From the IMG/VR virus record IMGVR_UViG_3300029305_003918: a stretch of DNA of 64,000 nucleotides. One strand, written 5' to 3'. Positions 25,339-40,400 of this stretch are shown here, piece after piece; the stretch's first letter is position 1, and each line of letters begins with the position of its first letter. The translations under genes and the position numbers were made by a program. This DNA is from a virus. The notes beneath the pieces were generated by a model. That model was not told where the DNA came from, made no database searches, and saw only the letters and a program-made list of their open reading frames with translations.

Positions 25339-25863
25339 ATGGCTAAAGTTTCTTTGAAAGCGGTCACCCCTATTAAGAAGGTTGATCCACAGACTATTAA
25401 GATTGGTGAACAGGAAGTTGAAGTCATTCAGTATCTTCCTGTAAATGATAAGCTTGCTCTTGTTGAGCGAGTATTGAATTTGACTATTGACGATACTGGA
25501 TTTTTGAATCCTGTTCGTTTAGAAGTTTATGCAATTCTTGAAATTGTAAAAACTTATACAAATATTTCTATTACTGATAAGATGATAGAAAATGCTCCGA
25601 ATACTTATGATCTATTAATGATTAATGAAGTTCTTGATCATGTTATTGCTGCAATTCCCGAAGATGAATATGATGCTATTTTTGATGCGATTGAAGATTG
25701 TGCGGAGCATACTGTTAAGTATTTGAATTCTTTTGTTGGAATGATGAAAACTGTAACTAATGATTATGATGCTACTAAATTGAATGTTGAAGAGATTATG
25801 AAAACACTTGATCAACCTGATAAGATTGGATTAGTGAAGGATATTCTTGATAAGATTGGTTAA
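25339..25863 (+). CDS. Acidic protein (174 aa); a tail assembly chaperone candidate
   Basis: Intact ORF immediately upstream of the tape measure gene, with an acidic composition. A terminator follows it. Confidence 0.35.
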   Translation: MAKVSLKAVTPIKKVDPQTIKIGEQEVEVIQYLPVNDKLALVERVLNLTIDDTGFLNPVRLEVYAILEIVKTYTNISITDKMIENAPNTYDLLMINEVLDHVIAAIPEDEYDAIFDAIEDCAEHTVKYLNSFVGMMKTVTNDYDATKLNVEEIMKTLDQPDKIGLVKDILDKIG

Positions 25864-25897
25864 TTTATTTAAATAAACTTTGATAGAGATTAGGAGA

Positions 25898-25931
25898 AAA
25901 GCCTGACACAATATTTGTGTCAGGCTTTTTT
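25898..25931 (+). terminator. Intrinsic terminator before the tape measure gene
   Basis: AAAGCCTGACACA...TGTGTCAGGCTTT followed by TTTTT. Confidence 0.6.
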
Positions 25932-25952
25932 GAGAGAAAGGAGATTGTGTAA

Positions 25953-28900
25953 ATGGCTGGAAACAGATAGTTTACATTACAATTTAATGCTGACACCTCT
26001 TAGGCTAAAAAAGCTTTAAGTGAATTACAAAAAAGCTTAAATAAAGTGTCAACTGTGGATTTGGAAGTAGCAATTTCAGATTCAGCACTTAAAAAAGCTT
26101 CTGAAGCTGCGCAAGATTTAAAAAAGCATTTACAAGAGGCTACTAATGTAAATACTGGTGAATTAAATCTTAACACATTTGTTAATAGTTTAAATAAAGC
26201 TGGCACATCTGTTACTCAATTAGGCAATGCTTTATTAGATGCAGGACAAACTGGTCAAGCAGCTTTTTCACAATTGGCTTCTGTTATTGCCAGTGCAGAA
26301 GTACCAATTAAGCGCATGAATAGCACATTAGCTGCATGGGGACAGACTTTAAAAAATACAGTAAAATGGGAATTATCTTCTACAATGGTACATGGTTTAG
26401 AAAGTGCATTATCTGGAGCTGTGTCCTATGTAAAAGATTTAAATAGTTCTTTAACAAATATTCGTATTGTTACTGGACAAAGTGCAGAAGATATGTCTCG
26501 ATTTGCTGTATAGGCTAATCGCGCGGCGAGAGAATTATCTACAACCACTAAAGCATATGCTGATGCATCTTTGATTTATTTTCAATAGGGCGATAGTGCA
26601 GAATAGGTAGCTAAAAAAGCAGCAATTACAATTAAGGCAGCTAATTCAAGTTTTAATACTTCTGCACAAGAAATGTCAGAATATTTAACTGCAGTATGGA
26701 ACTCTTATCAAGTCGGTGCTGATGAACTTGAACGATATGTAGATATTATGGCAGCCCTTGGTGCAAAAACCGCCACTAGCTTAGAAGAAATTGCAACTTC
26801 TATGCAAAAAGTAGCTGCAACTTCTAATACAGTTGGTGTATCAATGGAGCAAGTTTCTTCCATTATTGCTACAGTTAGTTCTGTTACTCGTGAATCCGCA
26901 GAATCTATTGGTACTGCATTTAAAACAATTTTTGCTCGTATTGGTGATTTGAAACTTGGAGAGACATTAGAAGACGGGGTAAATCTTGGACAAGTATCTT
27001 CTCAATTAGAAAAAGTTGGTGTATCTATTTTAGATGCTAACGGCGAATTGAGAGATATGGGAACAATTATTGAAGATTTAATGGCCAAATGGGGAGAAAT
27101 GGGACGAGCAGAGCAAACTGCTATAGCACAAGTGATTGCCGGTAAACGACAATATACTCAATGGATGGCCTTAATGGAAAATTCTTCTATGTATAAGTCC
27201 AATATGTCTATTGCAACAAATGCGGAAGGTTCTTTACAAGAAATGGCAGATATTGCAGCAGAATCTTGGGAGGCAGCATCCAGAAGAGTTCAAGCAGCCT
27301 GGGAAAAAATTTTTAGTAGTTTAATTAATGATAAAGCTTTGGTCGGAGTGACTAATGCAATTGAAAAAATTGTAACTACTCTTGGCGGCTTAATTGATGG
27401 TATGGGCGGTGTCGCTGGTATTATCGGAACTGTTGGTGGTGCATTAACTCAAGCTTTTAGTGATGATATTGCAAACGGTATTACAAAAATTACTACAAAA
27501 ATTAAAGACGCATTTACTGGAATGAATGAACAAACTAGATTTTTACAAAATTCAGCGCAGATGCGTCAAGAGTTACAAAAAATTTAGAAAGATAGTTCAG
27601 TATTAGATCCATCACAAGATATGCAAATTAATGCAGCTTTAAAAGTTTCTGAGAAAAAAGATCAATTATTAGTTGCATCAAAAAATATGTCAGAAGGACA
27701 AATTGCGCAAGCTAAAGCAGTAATTTCAGCTTATCAAGAACAAATTGCTGCATTAAATGAGTTAATGCAATTAGAGCAAAAACGTCAGACTAACATGAAA
27801 AAAGAAAAATCTTCATTAGTAGATGAAGTAGTAAGTCAAGAAGCTAAAGCTAGAGCTCATAAATAGAATAAGGATTATGCTTATTTAAATGCGCGAGAAA
27901 AGAAAAAATTTACAGAAGAAGCAAATAAAAAATTTTTAGTGGATGCGGCTGATATTAAAGTTAAGTTTACAACAGATGCTACTTCCACTAAAGAACTTGA
28001 AAAAACCGTATCTTAGCTTGCACAAGAGCTTGGTTCTAGTTTTACTAAATTAGGTTTTAAGGATTTAGAAAATTTAACATTTGATTAGGCGGTTTCTTCT
28101 GCTTAGACATTGGTTACAGCTTTTGGAGATGTTAAAAATATGGGAAAACAAATTGAACAAACTTTTGGAACAATTGAAGCACCAGAATTATTTGCATCTA
28201 ATCGTAGTGATGCTGAAATTCTAAAAGATCTATTGCAATATGCTAAAGAATTAGAACGAATTGGACAAGAAACAGGTAGTAAATTAATTAATGGTCAAGT
28301 TGCGAAAATTAAAGGCAACGCTGGATCATTAGAAGAAGCTTTTGCTGGGGATAAAACAAAAGCAGAAATTGAACAATTATTTAATTTAATTTCTGAAGGT
28401 ATGTCTAAGGCTGAAGCGAAATTATCTAAAAATGTACCAAAAATTAAAGCGATTATTTTAAATATGGTACCACCAGAATTAAAAAGCCGTTTTGAAGAGT
28501 TATTCCAAGAATGGGAAAAAGGTGGATCTAAATTAGATAAACTGGGTAAAGATGCAGAAGAAGCTGGCGAAAAGATGGAACAAGCTTTTGCTCAAGCCGC
28601 ACAAAAAACATCTAAAAATTTAAATGCAGTTTTAGATATTGCAGGAAGTCTTGAATCAATTTATGGTTTAATTAATTCTTTTAAGGGTTTAGTTGACACA
28701 TTAAAAGATCCTGAAGTGTCTGGCTGGGAAAAATTCGATGCAATTTTAGGATTTGTTATTACAACTGTAATGACTCTTGTTTCTATCAGTCAAGGCTTAA
28801 TCGGCGTAATGTCACTATTGCCTGCTGCTGGAGCTGCTGGCGCGGCAGGAACGGCTGCGGTTGGAGCAGGCGCGGCTGGTGCAACACATGCAGTCACAGG

Positions 28901-31900
28901 TTTTGGTGTTGCATTAAATACTGCAATTTGGCCATTAACTTTAATTGTAGGAGCATTGGCTTTAGTTGTAGGTGCATTCGTTGCTTTTAGAAAAGAAGTC
29001 GAAAAGCCTATGAGTGTAGATGAAAATTTGCAAAATTTAAAATCTTAGGTTGAAGAGTTAAGCACAGCAATTACCAATACTAAAAATAAAATATCTTCTT
29101 TAGAAGATGATTTTGATTCTTATACAAGTGTTAGAGAAGCATTAGATAATTGCACTGAAGGAACTTCAGCATGGTATCAAGCATTAAGTAATGTTTAGTC
29201 TGCGACTTTAGAATTATTAAGTGCATATCCTTTATTGGGGAAGATATTAAAAGATCCAATAAAATATTTTGGAGATAATTTTGATTTAAGTTCTTTATAT
29301 GATGATAATGGCTTGATTAATATGGATCTATTGGTCTCTAGAGCCTTAGAAGTTGAACAACGTAATTTAGGTATGCAGTATGCTTGGTCAGCGTTAGGAG
29401 AATCATCCATGCGTCAATTGGAAATTGCGCAAGAAAGACGTGCTGAAATGGCGGGAGCTTCAGGAAATGTTTTAACTAATACTGAAACAAAAACTACTAA
29501 GCATTCTATGTTATTTGGAGCTATTAAGTGGGAAACTACTTCAGAAATAATTCCTGAAATTTTACAAGAAGCTTTTCCGGGATTAGAGGCACTTGGATCA
29601 CGAGAAAGTTCTTTGCCATATATATTAGGTTGGGCAAATCCATATGGTACCGCTTTTAAGCCTGAATATGCTACAACTTTTACTAGTCCATCGGGAGAAA
29701 CTAGACATAATTTAACTCCTGAGGATGCACAAGAGGTTGGTTATGACACAACACAAGGCTGGTCTGTTGAAAATTATGAAGCGATTCAATGGTTATTAAA
29801 CAGCGCAGATGGCGACAAGTTTTTTAAGACTCTTAGTGGCGATGATTATGAATATGATCAAAGAGCGTTAATTAATACTGTTGTTACTGAAGCTTTAACT
29901 TGGGCAAGTACACAATATGATAAAACATATAAAAATGCCGGAGAAGCAGTTTTAGATTATTTAAACAATGGACATTTACCTTACGCATTAGAGCAATAGC
30001 TTCATTTATGGATGGATCCATCTGCTCAATATGGCAGTGTTTTTGATCCAAACGCTTTTGTAGGAGCTTTAACAGATACAGGTGTTTTAACTGTAAATAC
30101 AGATACTGTGTTTGCACAAGGGGCAGCTAAAGCAAGGGCTGATGCTCTTTGGTAGCCTGCACAATATGGCATTTTAGCTAATTATTTATTAAATGACAAT
30201 AATAAAACTGCTAAATATGATGCAGATACAATGAAATGGCTATAGACTGCTCTCCCATATAAATTAGAAGAAATTTTAGTAAATTCTTTACCTGAGAATT
30301 GGGTGCCTGATGCAGAAGCACAAGATTGGGCTCAAATGGGTGGTTATTTATTATCATATCGAGATTATCTCGCAACCAATAGCGATTATGATATTAGTCA
30401 ATATGATTGGACAACAGACAAATTAATGGATAATTATGATAAAGAGTCTGGTATGATTACAATTAAATCTTTGTCAGAAGACGTCGAAGATTTATTAATT
30501 CCTATTACGTCATTATTATCTATGCCTACTCTTACTGATATTATGAATAATCCAGAGTAGTATATAAGTCCTTTAATTTCTAGTTACGCAACTGCAGATC
30601 CTGTATTATAGAAATTATATTTATCAAAAGGTAATATGGATGTCCTTACAGGAGAAGAGTTAGCATATTACCAAACCGAAGAAGGGCAAGCTGTGTTTGC
30701 ACAGCATTAGAGTGCATTGGCAGATATTTATGGCGGTGACATTTTAGGCATTTTTTCAGAAGGTAATTTGGCAACTTTATTGGAAGATTCTACTGCATGG
30801 GTTTCAGAATGGGGCGAATTTGGCAATTAGTTAACTAGAAGATAGCAAAAAATGTTATCAGAACTTAGTGGTTACGAATAGCAATTAATTAAAGATTGGG
30901 CTAATGGGGATATAAATAAAATTTTAAGCCTTTTTACAAAAGGTGGAACTTTAGATTTATCACAAGTTGATGGATTAAACAATTATCATTAGACACAATC
31001 ATCTCGTTCAACCGATAATTTATTAAATTTTAAAAATGCTATTCCTGCATTGTCTGAAATTTTAGCAACAATTCAAGAGGGTGGATTGATCTCACAAGAA
31101 GAGTTAGATTTATTAGAATAGTATGGTATTTTAACTCAAGATCAATTTGCAAAAATTGGTGAAGAATGGCAATATATCGCAAATTCACAAGACAATGCAT
31201 TGTCTAAATCAATTTTATTTTCAAATACATTATATGAAATTTTAAATAAATTCGCAAATACAGAAGATGCTTTAATTGATTTTGATAATTTAACGTCAGA
31301 AGATCGCAAATTATTATCTCTGCTTTTAGGGTTAGATGATATTACCAAAGATACAGCAGGCAAAACTGCTTTGGATAAGTGGTTAGAATCATCTACTGAT
31401 ACAGAAAAATAGGATGTTAATAGTCGAATTGGAACTTTATGGGCTAGTCGAGATACCTTATAGGTTACATCAGAAGATTTAAATAGTTGGTACGCAACAG
31501 TTACTTCATTTACAGATTTAATTAATGCAGGTTTTACGAAAGATGGTAAAGCAGATTTTTCTACCATCCCAGCTTGGGCAAGAGATTCAATTTTATCTAA
31601 TATCGCTAGTGCGAATGGTTATGACTTAGAAGAATTAAAATTATATAATTCTAATGCAGCAATTACAACATAGCAAGCTTATGAAGATGCAGTAATTAAA
31701 TCAAATCGAGCCAAAGGATTTAATTCTTTAATTGGTATGTTGTCAGATTTTACTGCATTAAATCAAGATATGGCAGATTCCACTATTACTGAAGCAAATT
31801 TGGAAAAATTTAAAGCTTTAGCTGATATTTTAACTTTAATTTTTGGGACAGAAGTAACTACAGATTGGCTATAGAATGCAGATAATTGGAAATTGGTTTC

Positions 31901-34900
31901 TGCATTATTTGATAGTGATGGAACTGGTGGTTCTGAGGCTTTAGCTGCTGTAGAAACGGCATTATACAAAGATGTTGAAGGGTATACAAATAGAAATTGG
32001 TCTCAAGAGGGTATTTATATTGATGCAGCTTTTAAGCAAGACCCGGAGCAAATTGCTAAAGTATTAGGTATAGATCCTGCAACGGCTTATATTTTATCCT
32101 AGGCAAATTTAGCAGAAGGATATTTTGATGTTGGTCGTAATGCATGGGCAGAAAACAAAAACACTTTGGCGATGGGACTGGGACTTTCTTTAAAAGACGG
32201 AAAATATGCTTTACCAACTGATACCACTTTAATGAAAAATTGGGGTATTCAAGCAGGATATTTAACCGAAGATGAAGAAGGTAATCTTAGTTTAACGCAA
32301 TAGGGTGCAGCAATTGCTAAAGATGTAGATGGATTTTATGCAGCCATTATTACCGCGGTAAATAATGGAGCTAAGACTTTTGATATTGCTAATGGTAAGT
32401 TTTCTCAGAGAGTTAAATCTGCTTATGAAGAAATGATTAGTGATAACTACATTTTTGATACTGCCGAAGATCAAGAGACTGCGGCAAATATTTTGGCCAA
32501 TGCCGAAGCTTCTGCTGGACAAATTGGTATTGATCGAATGAAAGCAATGTTAAAAGCAGTTCCGGTAGAAAGATTAGATGAATTTTCCAATGCTCTTTCT
32601 GGTGTTGATTGGGGAGATCCTGCTTCTGTACAAGCTTTTGAAGATCGATTAAAGGCTGCAGGATTTACTTTAGAGGGACCTCTGCAAACTGCGATTAATG
32701 CAGTTGCAACTGCGGCTCAAGCCGCAGCGGAAGCACTTATGTCTTTGGCAGGTGCAGCAAATATTTATAAAACTCGTACAGATATTGCTGATAAAGTCCG
32801 AGAAGGTGAAGCATTAACAGCAGAAGAATATGCAGAAGTTATTGCTGCATATGCAGAATAGGAAAAAACTAAAGCTAAAGCAAACGGAGAAGAGATTTCT
32901 GATGCAGAAGCTTATAAAAGGGCTGAGATTAGAGCTAGAGGTGAATTTGAAGCCAATCGTTGGGGAGAATATGAATTAAGTGATAGCGTTAATCCTGAAA
33001 CTTGGGCAGCGAACTTGGAATCTGTTGCTATGGCAGGTTTTGATACAATTTTAAAATCAATTGAAGTTGCTACGACAAATAAAGAAGGAGAAACTCGTGA
33101 TTTTACAGATGATAAATATACCGATCAAGAAGCTGCGATTGCGGGCCTTATTGCAGGTAACACAGAAAAATTTTCTCCTTATGGTATAGAATTTTCTGAA
33201 GCAGAGCAAAAGGCGTTATTAAGATTATCTTCTGCAACTACTGATCAAGATAAAGCATCGGCGATGGCAGACTTAACTGCTCTTGGATGGGATCCATAGA
33301 AATGGTTAGATGTACTTTCAGCATTTGATCAAATTATTGGAGGGGTAAAAGAAGAGACACAAGAAGCTAAAGATGATGCTACAACTGGTACTGGAGAGGA
33401 TAATTTTGAAGCTTCCCTTGATGATTTGGCAACTAAAGCTGGTTTTGGTAGTGTTGAAGAATTAAAAGAATATACAGAATATCTAAAAGAATTAGGCGAA
33501 ATTAATGGAGAAACAGAAGAAGATAATATCAAATTGGCAGCTTCATATGCAAGAGTTCAAAAGGGTTTAAAATCTGTTTAGTCCAATTTAAAAACATATT
33601 CTAAAACATTAAAAGAGGCATAGAAGGGCACTGTTGAACATAAAAAAGCTCTTGATGACATGAAAGAAATGTATGGTGATGTTCTCGATTTGGATGATAA
33701 GGGAATTGAAGCATTAACAGAAGACTTTATGTTACAAGATGACGTATTAAAAGATTTGTAGGATGCTGCCGATGGTGTCGATGGAGCTTACGATAGATTG
33801 CAAGAAAAAGCTTCTAAGCATATTTTAGATCAATTAACAGGTAATGCTGATATTTCATCTATGACGGATGAGCTTGAAGCCTTATCAACAGCAGTTAATG
33901 GTTTACCAGAAGGTAAAGCTCTTAATTGGAGTGAATTGTTAGGAGAAGGCGAAATGGGTCAAGTGGTTGCGAATAACTTAACTTCATTGGCTGGTTTTGT
34001 CTCTGGTTTAGCCTCTAATGCGAATGAAGCAGCAAGTATTATGCAAGCTTTGGCTGCGGCATTGGGAATGGATATGCAGGTTGAAACTAAAGAATTTCCA
34101 GTGGAACAAACAGAGTGGTCTGCAAAAGCAGGTAGTTATATCGCCCATGGTGAAAATGGTCAAGACTTTTATATTCCTTTAAGTGTTCATGCCAATCCTG
34201 TTGATGGTATGGTTAAAGGTTTTGCTATTAAAACTATCACTAACAAAGGCACCTATGGTGGAGGTATCACCGGTGGTGGCGGCGGAGGTGGAGGTGGCGG
34301 AGGTGGCGGAAAGCCAAAGAAGCTTGATAAAAAGAAGCCAGAAGATCATAAACAGCGCTATTTCCAAGTAGATAATGCATTAGAGCGTATGGCGGATGCA
34401 TTAGAAAAAGTAGATAAAGTTAAAAAGCGTGTTTATGGAGAATCTTATTTAAAAAATTTAGAAGCAGAAATTTCTTTAATTGAACAAGAAATTGGCTTAT
34501 AGGAAGAATATGTCAGATAGGCTCAAGAGTGGTTAGCAGTTGATAAATAGAGAGTTGCTTCTCTTGGTGCTACTTTTGATGGCGAAGGGAATATTTCTAA
34601 TTATGATGCTTTAATGGATTCTATTTTAGCTAAATACAATGCATTTATTGATAAATACAACGCTGCTGATGCTTCTGCTCAAGAAAATATGGAAGAAGAA
34701 AAAGAGCAAATGGACGAATGGTTTGAAGAAGCCTTGGAATGGATTGATCAATATCAAGAAACTTTAAACCTTATTGGTGACAAACAAAATGAAATTCTTG
34801 AATTGCAGAATCAAATTTCTGAAAAGACTCTTGAAAAGATTCAATATAAAGTCGAATACAAAGTTGAAATTAATGAAGCTGAAAAAGATTATCTTGATTA

Positions 34901-37328
34901 TATTAATGATAAATATGATGAAGTTCTTGAAAAACAAGATCTTCTTATGGATAATTATATTCGTCAAGGACAAATCGCAGAATAGAATTTAAGTTATCTT
35001 GCCACAGCTCGTCAAGAACTTGAAGCTGCATTCGCGGCGGGAGATCTTAATCAAGCTGATTACGTTGCAGGTCTACAGGATATTCAATCTCAAATTCTTG
35101 ATAATCTTGAGGCAATTCAAGAAGCTAAAAAAGCAATTGAAGAACTTTATGGTAAGACTCTTGAACTTGCTAGTGAAGAACTTGACAAGCATACTGCAAA
35201 AATTGATGCTGCTTCTGAAGCTATGGGCTCTTATATGTCTATTCTTCAGCTTATGGGTAAAGGACAAACATTTGAAGATTTGTTATTCTTCTATGAAAAG
35301 CAATATGATTATAATATGGCTTCTCTTGAATCTCAAATGTCCTATCTTAATGTACTTAAAGAAGAAGAGCAATATTATCTTGCGCGCATGAACTCTGCGG
35401 AAGGATTAACTGAAACAGAACGAATTCAATATGAGGCATTGCAAGAGACAATGAATGAAGTACAAGCAAATATTCTATCTAAGACTGAAGAAACTCTTCA
35501 AGCCTTAAAAGATATGTACGATACTACAATCGAAGATATTATGAAAGATCTTGAAGAATCAATGGTTGGTGTGGGTAATGATCTTGCTTGGCTCACTGAG
35601 GAATATGGTTTCTACATGGAAGAAATGGAGCAATATGTTTCTTCTCAGCGTGAACTATATGAAATTAGTAAGTTAAATCGTAATATCCAACAGTCAATCA
35701 ACGACACAACTTCTAGTGTACATAAAAAGCAATTAAAAGCATTACAAGATGAAATTAATGCTCAAAGTGAATTAAAAGAATTAAGCGAATATGAAATTGA
35801 AATGATGAATCTTAAATATGAACTTCTTCTTAAGTAGATTGCTCTTGAAGAGGCTCAAAACGCTAAGAGTACTGTACGCTTAACTCGTGATAGCGAAGGC
35901 AACATGGTATATCAATATACCGCTGATGAAGATGCTATTAATCAAGCCCAGCAAGAATATGAAGATGTACTTCAGCAAATGGCTGATACCAATTGGGAAT
36001 ACGAACAAGATATTTATAATCAAACTTTACAATTACGCCAAGACACGCTTGAAGCTATTAAAGAAATTGCTATGGATGAAACTTTAACAGAAGAACAAAA
36101 ACAACAAAGAATCAATGAGATTTTAGATCATTATTATGAACGCTCTCGTTATTTACAAGAGCAATATAATATTGTTAGTGAAAATACAATGACAACCAAT
36201 GAATTAATTGCTGATCATTATGGTATTGCAGTTGAAGAAATTACAGATAGAACAAAAGGTACTGTTGCTGAAATTATTGGTGAAATGATTAATGATACTG
36301 ATAATTATCGAGATGAAATGGAAACCGCTTATGATCGTATTAAACAGGCCATGTCAGATTATGCAACTAAAATTGCAGAAGTAACTATATTAACAAATAC
36401 TAGTTATGGTAGTATGGTCGAATCTGTAAATACTTATGATAAAGTAACAGAAGATGCAAAAAATGAAACTGTAAAAATGACAGATTCACTGCGTCAAGAG
36501 GTAAGTCAAATTCATACTACTACAACAGCTTGGGATAATTATATTTCTAAATTAAATAGTGTTATTGGTACTTATGAATCAATGTATTTAGAAATTTAGA
36601 AAGTTATTTAGGCCTAGGCAAAATTGGCCGGCGCGAGTGTTGGCAGTACTACAACAACTACCACTAAAACTACTACAACTACGACCAAAAAAGATACCAC
36701 CACCACTAAAAACAATGATAAAACTGGAGATACAGGTGGTAAAACTGGCGGCACTGGTGGAACCGGTACACAAGATAAATCTTCTGGATTAAATATTGGT
36801 GCCGTTCTAGGCGCAGTTGTTGGTGGAGTTGTTGGTGGAGGCGTAGGTTCTAAAGTTGGTGGCACAGTTGGTGCGATCATTGGATCTGGTGTCACTAGCG
36901 TAGCAGGAGCTATTGTTGGCAATAAGCTTGGTGATCTAATTAAAGATAAAACTGGCAAGAAATATGCCACTGGTGGCCTCGCTGATTATACTGGCCCCGC
37001 TTGGGTTGATGGCACTAAGAGTAGACCGGAATTAGTATTAAATCAAAATGATACACAAAAATTGCTTGATACAGTTAAAGTAGTAAATAAACTTGATCAA
37101 GCCACATTAACTATGATGGATGAATATATTAATTTGGCAACCGCAGCTTCAAGAGCTAATATGTATAATTTACATGCAGAAACTACCCAAACCACCAAGG
37201 AAACTGAATTGCAACAACAAGTTCATATTACCGCAGAATTCCCGAACGTACAAGATAGTAATGAAATCCAAGATGCTTTTGATAATCTTATTAATCGCGC
37301 GGCTCAGTACATTGGTTCAAAACGCTAA
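25953..37328 (+). CDS. Tail tape measure protein of ~3790 aa, with about 40 in-frame TAG codons
   Basis: SD GAAAGGAG then ATG at 25953. Fifteen consecutive track ORFs (26046 through 37328) all lie in frame 0 and are joined only by TAG codons. All gaps were inspected and contain no TAA or TGA. The N-terminal ~500 aa match the phage tape-measure (TP901-type) domain (GETLEDGVNLGQ...ILDANGELRDMGTIIEDLMAKWGEM...AEQTAIAQVIAGKRQ). The protein has a hydrophobic Gly/Ala-rich transmembrane-like block, coiled coils, a poly-Gly run and a poly-Thr run. Confidence 0.8.
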
Positions 37329-37335
37329 TAAATAT

Positions 37336-37366
37336 AAGGGGTCTCTTCGGAGACCCCTTCTTTTTG
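37336..37366 (+). terminator. Intrinsic terminator after the tape measure gene
   Basis: AAGGGGTCTC-TTCG-GAGACCCCTT followed by CTTTTT. Confidence 0.6.
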
Positions 37367-37448
37367 GTTGGTCTATTTCGGCTAATATATCACACGATTT
37401 TTCTATAAAAAGATAGAAGTGTTTTGAGTAAAAGGAGATGAAACATGG

Positions 37449-40400
37449 ATGGCAGAATAGAAAAATGGTAATTTGCAAAACGATTTATTTGATGCGATTT
37501 ATACAATTGTAACTGGAGTCGTATCAAAGCAAAATTTTGATATTACCAAAGAGTGTAAAATCATTGAGGTTTATCTTGATGATAAAGGTGCTCGCACTGG
37601 TGTCTATAAAGTAAAAAGCCAAGACGCAGTTTTTGATGCTTATGCTAAATAGGGAGAAGTATATAGTGCAGGTCAGCAAGTTTATGTACAAATCCCAAAT
37701 GGTGATTTTAATCTTCAAAAATTTATTATTGGTTTAAAAATTAATACTGAAGATGAATAGAGCATATATAATCTCAAACTTCCTTTTGATGATTTTGTGG
37801 GATTATATAATTTATCATATAATACGCCAATGTAGGAAGTTGGTTATTGGGCTAATTGTCCTTATCATGGAGAAGAACAAACGCTTATTATGGATGTTGC
37901 GAATGAAACATTCCCAATATCCGAAGATCATGTATGGCATTGGGAAAACATTGAAAAACGTCCTATTTGTGCCACAAAATTGGGTTTAGAAGTTGATGTT
38001 ACTACACTTCTACATACTTTTAGACCTCAATCTGGTGAATATGGATTACGTATTTGTGTAAGAGGTCAAGGCACTGAAGATAAAACTTCTGGTGCTATTG
38101 AAACTTTAACACAAGAATATTACTTTACTAACAATAATATGTACGGTAATCCATATGCTTATACTTTAGCCTCAACACAACAAATCGTTGTGGACATCTC
38201 TAAATTTACCAATTCTATTGATAGTATTGACGTATGGTTTTGGCAAGATCATAAATTTATTGATGAATATGGTAATCCAATCCCTTGGGGATCTCAAGAC
38301 ATAGAAACTATTAAAGAAGATTTTATGGCTTAGATTAAAGCCGTAGAAGATGATACAAGTCTTTCAGAAGAAGAAAAAAAGATTCGTATTAACGAAATCT
38401 ATGTTTAGTTTGGAGAAGCCACTGGTCGAAGTGCAGAGTTAAAAAATATTATTTTTAATAATTTACATTGTTTGCTTGGACTTTCTGTTGAGGAAATGCA
38501 AGAGGAAACAATTACATTATATACATATGATGTAGTTACATATGGCGCAGACCCTGAGAATGAGGCAGTGCGTAAACCTGATCGTACTCTTTATGCCGCA
38601 TGGGTTCATAAAGTAGATAACACTCTTGAACTAATTGATACATATTCAAGATTAGAAGAATTAGAAGCAAAAACATATTGGTATAGATATGATCCTGAAT
38701 GGGCGCCAGAGCATCCCGAGTATAATTCAGAAATTCCATCTCATCGTTTCGGTGGTAATTATTGGCGCCCTATTGGAACAGATGCTGATGTAGAATATGA
38801 TGAAAATACTCCAATTAATTTTGTTGTTACTCCCGATATAAATAAAGCAAAAGAGCGCTACAAGGTTGTAATTCATTTTAATAATACATATACTACAAGT
38901 AATGTATTTATTTTTTAGAATTATAACACAACGATTGAGAGCGATATTGCCAATTTGGCGCGCAATGATAAAGTTGTATTACGTTGTGCGTTATTGAAAC
39001 CATCTGGCTATGACGTATATGATTCTCGTGGAAACTTGGTTGGTTCCTGTTCAGAAAAATTACCTACTGGTAAAGGTTATTTCTTTACAACTACAACAGG
39101 TAAAATGGAACTTTTAACTGATACTCATAGATTAGCGCCAAGAGAATCTGAAACTCTTGTTCCCGATGACACTGTTGGTAATTTCTTTGTATATAATGAA
39201 AATAATAATGTATTAGCTAATGATGATAATATTTTATTCTCAGATGTGCAATACTATATTGAACCTTGGATCAAAGTTGAAGAGGATCGTAGAAATCTTG
39301 CTTCAGATTACGTATATGCAGACAAAGATGCCGCTTATGTTCGTTTAAGCGAGTACACTGATCGAGATGGTAATAAACCGAATTTTAATATTACTTGGCA
39401 ATTCCCAGAAAGTTTTACTATGATTAGAGCATGGGGAATGCTTGATGATAACGCACGAGATATTGCATATTGGAATCATCGTTCAGATCATTTATTTGAA
39501 TTAGATAAAAAAGCAACTCGCTATTTTTATATTGATGCTATTCATAATGTGCGATATAATGACAATGAAATTAGTGCTACAATTGATATTGATGGTATGG
39601 GTTCTTTTTCTATTAAGAAAGAACTAATTTTTGGACGAGCAGGAGCTTTTGGTTGTGAATATACTCCTGTTATTACCATTAGTGAACCTGCTGGCAATTA
39701 TTATGTTGATACCGCAAGTGAATTTGAAATCTACTGTTTAGTATATGATCGTAAAGGTCAATTATTACCATTGGATGAAAGAGCAAAGTGCGAATTCACT
39801 TGGAAATATTATGGTACTGCATATAAACCAAAAGATGATAGAGACCATCTAAATTATAAAGATTTTATTGGCAATGTTATCCGTGGCCGCATTACACAAC
39901 CTTATCCTTTTGTTGTTGAGGTTACGGTATCTGGTGCGGCAGAATATGATATTACAGTCCGAAAAGGTATTTTAGTAAGTAACAGTGCTCAATATATGCA
40001 AACGCATGATATTGTGTGTCCAGATCGTGTAGAATTTAGATCTGACGGTCAAGCACCAATTTATGCATCAAATGTATTTGAAGTACAAAAAATTATTACT
40101 GGATCTGATACTTCTGAAGAAACCGGCGAAACATATGATTATATGAATGAATTGATTTATCCAACATGGTAGATCAATCAAACAAAAGTATTACGCTTAA
40201 TTGAAAAAGAGGCTGAATATCCAGTATTTACTTTACCAAATGGAACTTCTGTAAGTAAAGCAAATCAAACTTCTTATGCGTTAGGTTTTTCCGCGCAACA
40301 ATTAAATACTCATGTAGCAGATCCTTCGGCTTATGCACAACAATGGACAGAAGATTTATTAACAGATGAGTATTTTACTTATATATATTTTATGGATGGT

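Noticed and set aside
25339-25953. A programmed -1 frameshift (gpG/gpGT-type) in the chaperone gene upstream of the tape measure gene
   Set aside because: No slippery heptamer plus overlapping extended frame was seen. A terminator and a separate ribosome-binding site lie between the chaperone and tape measure genes.
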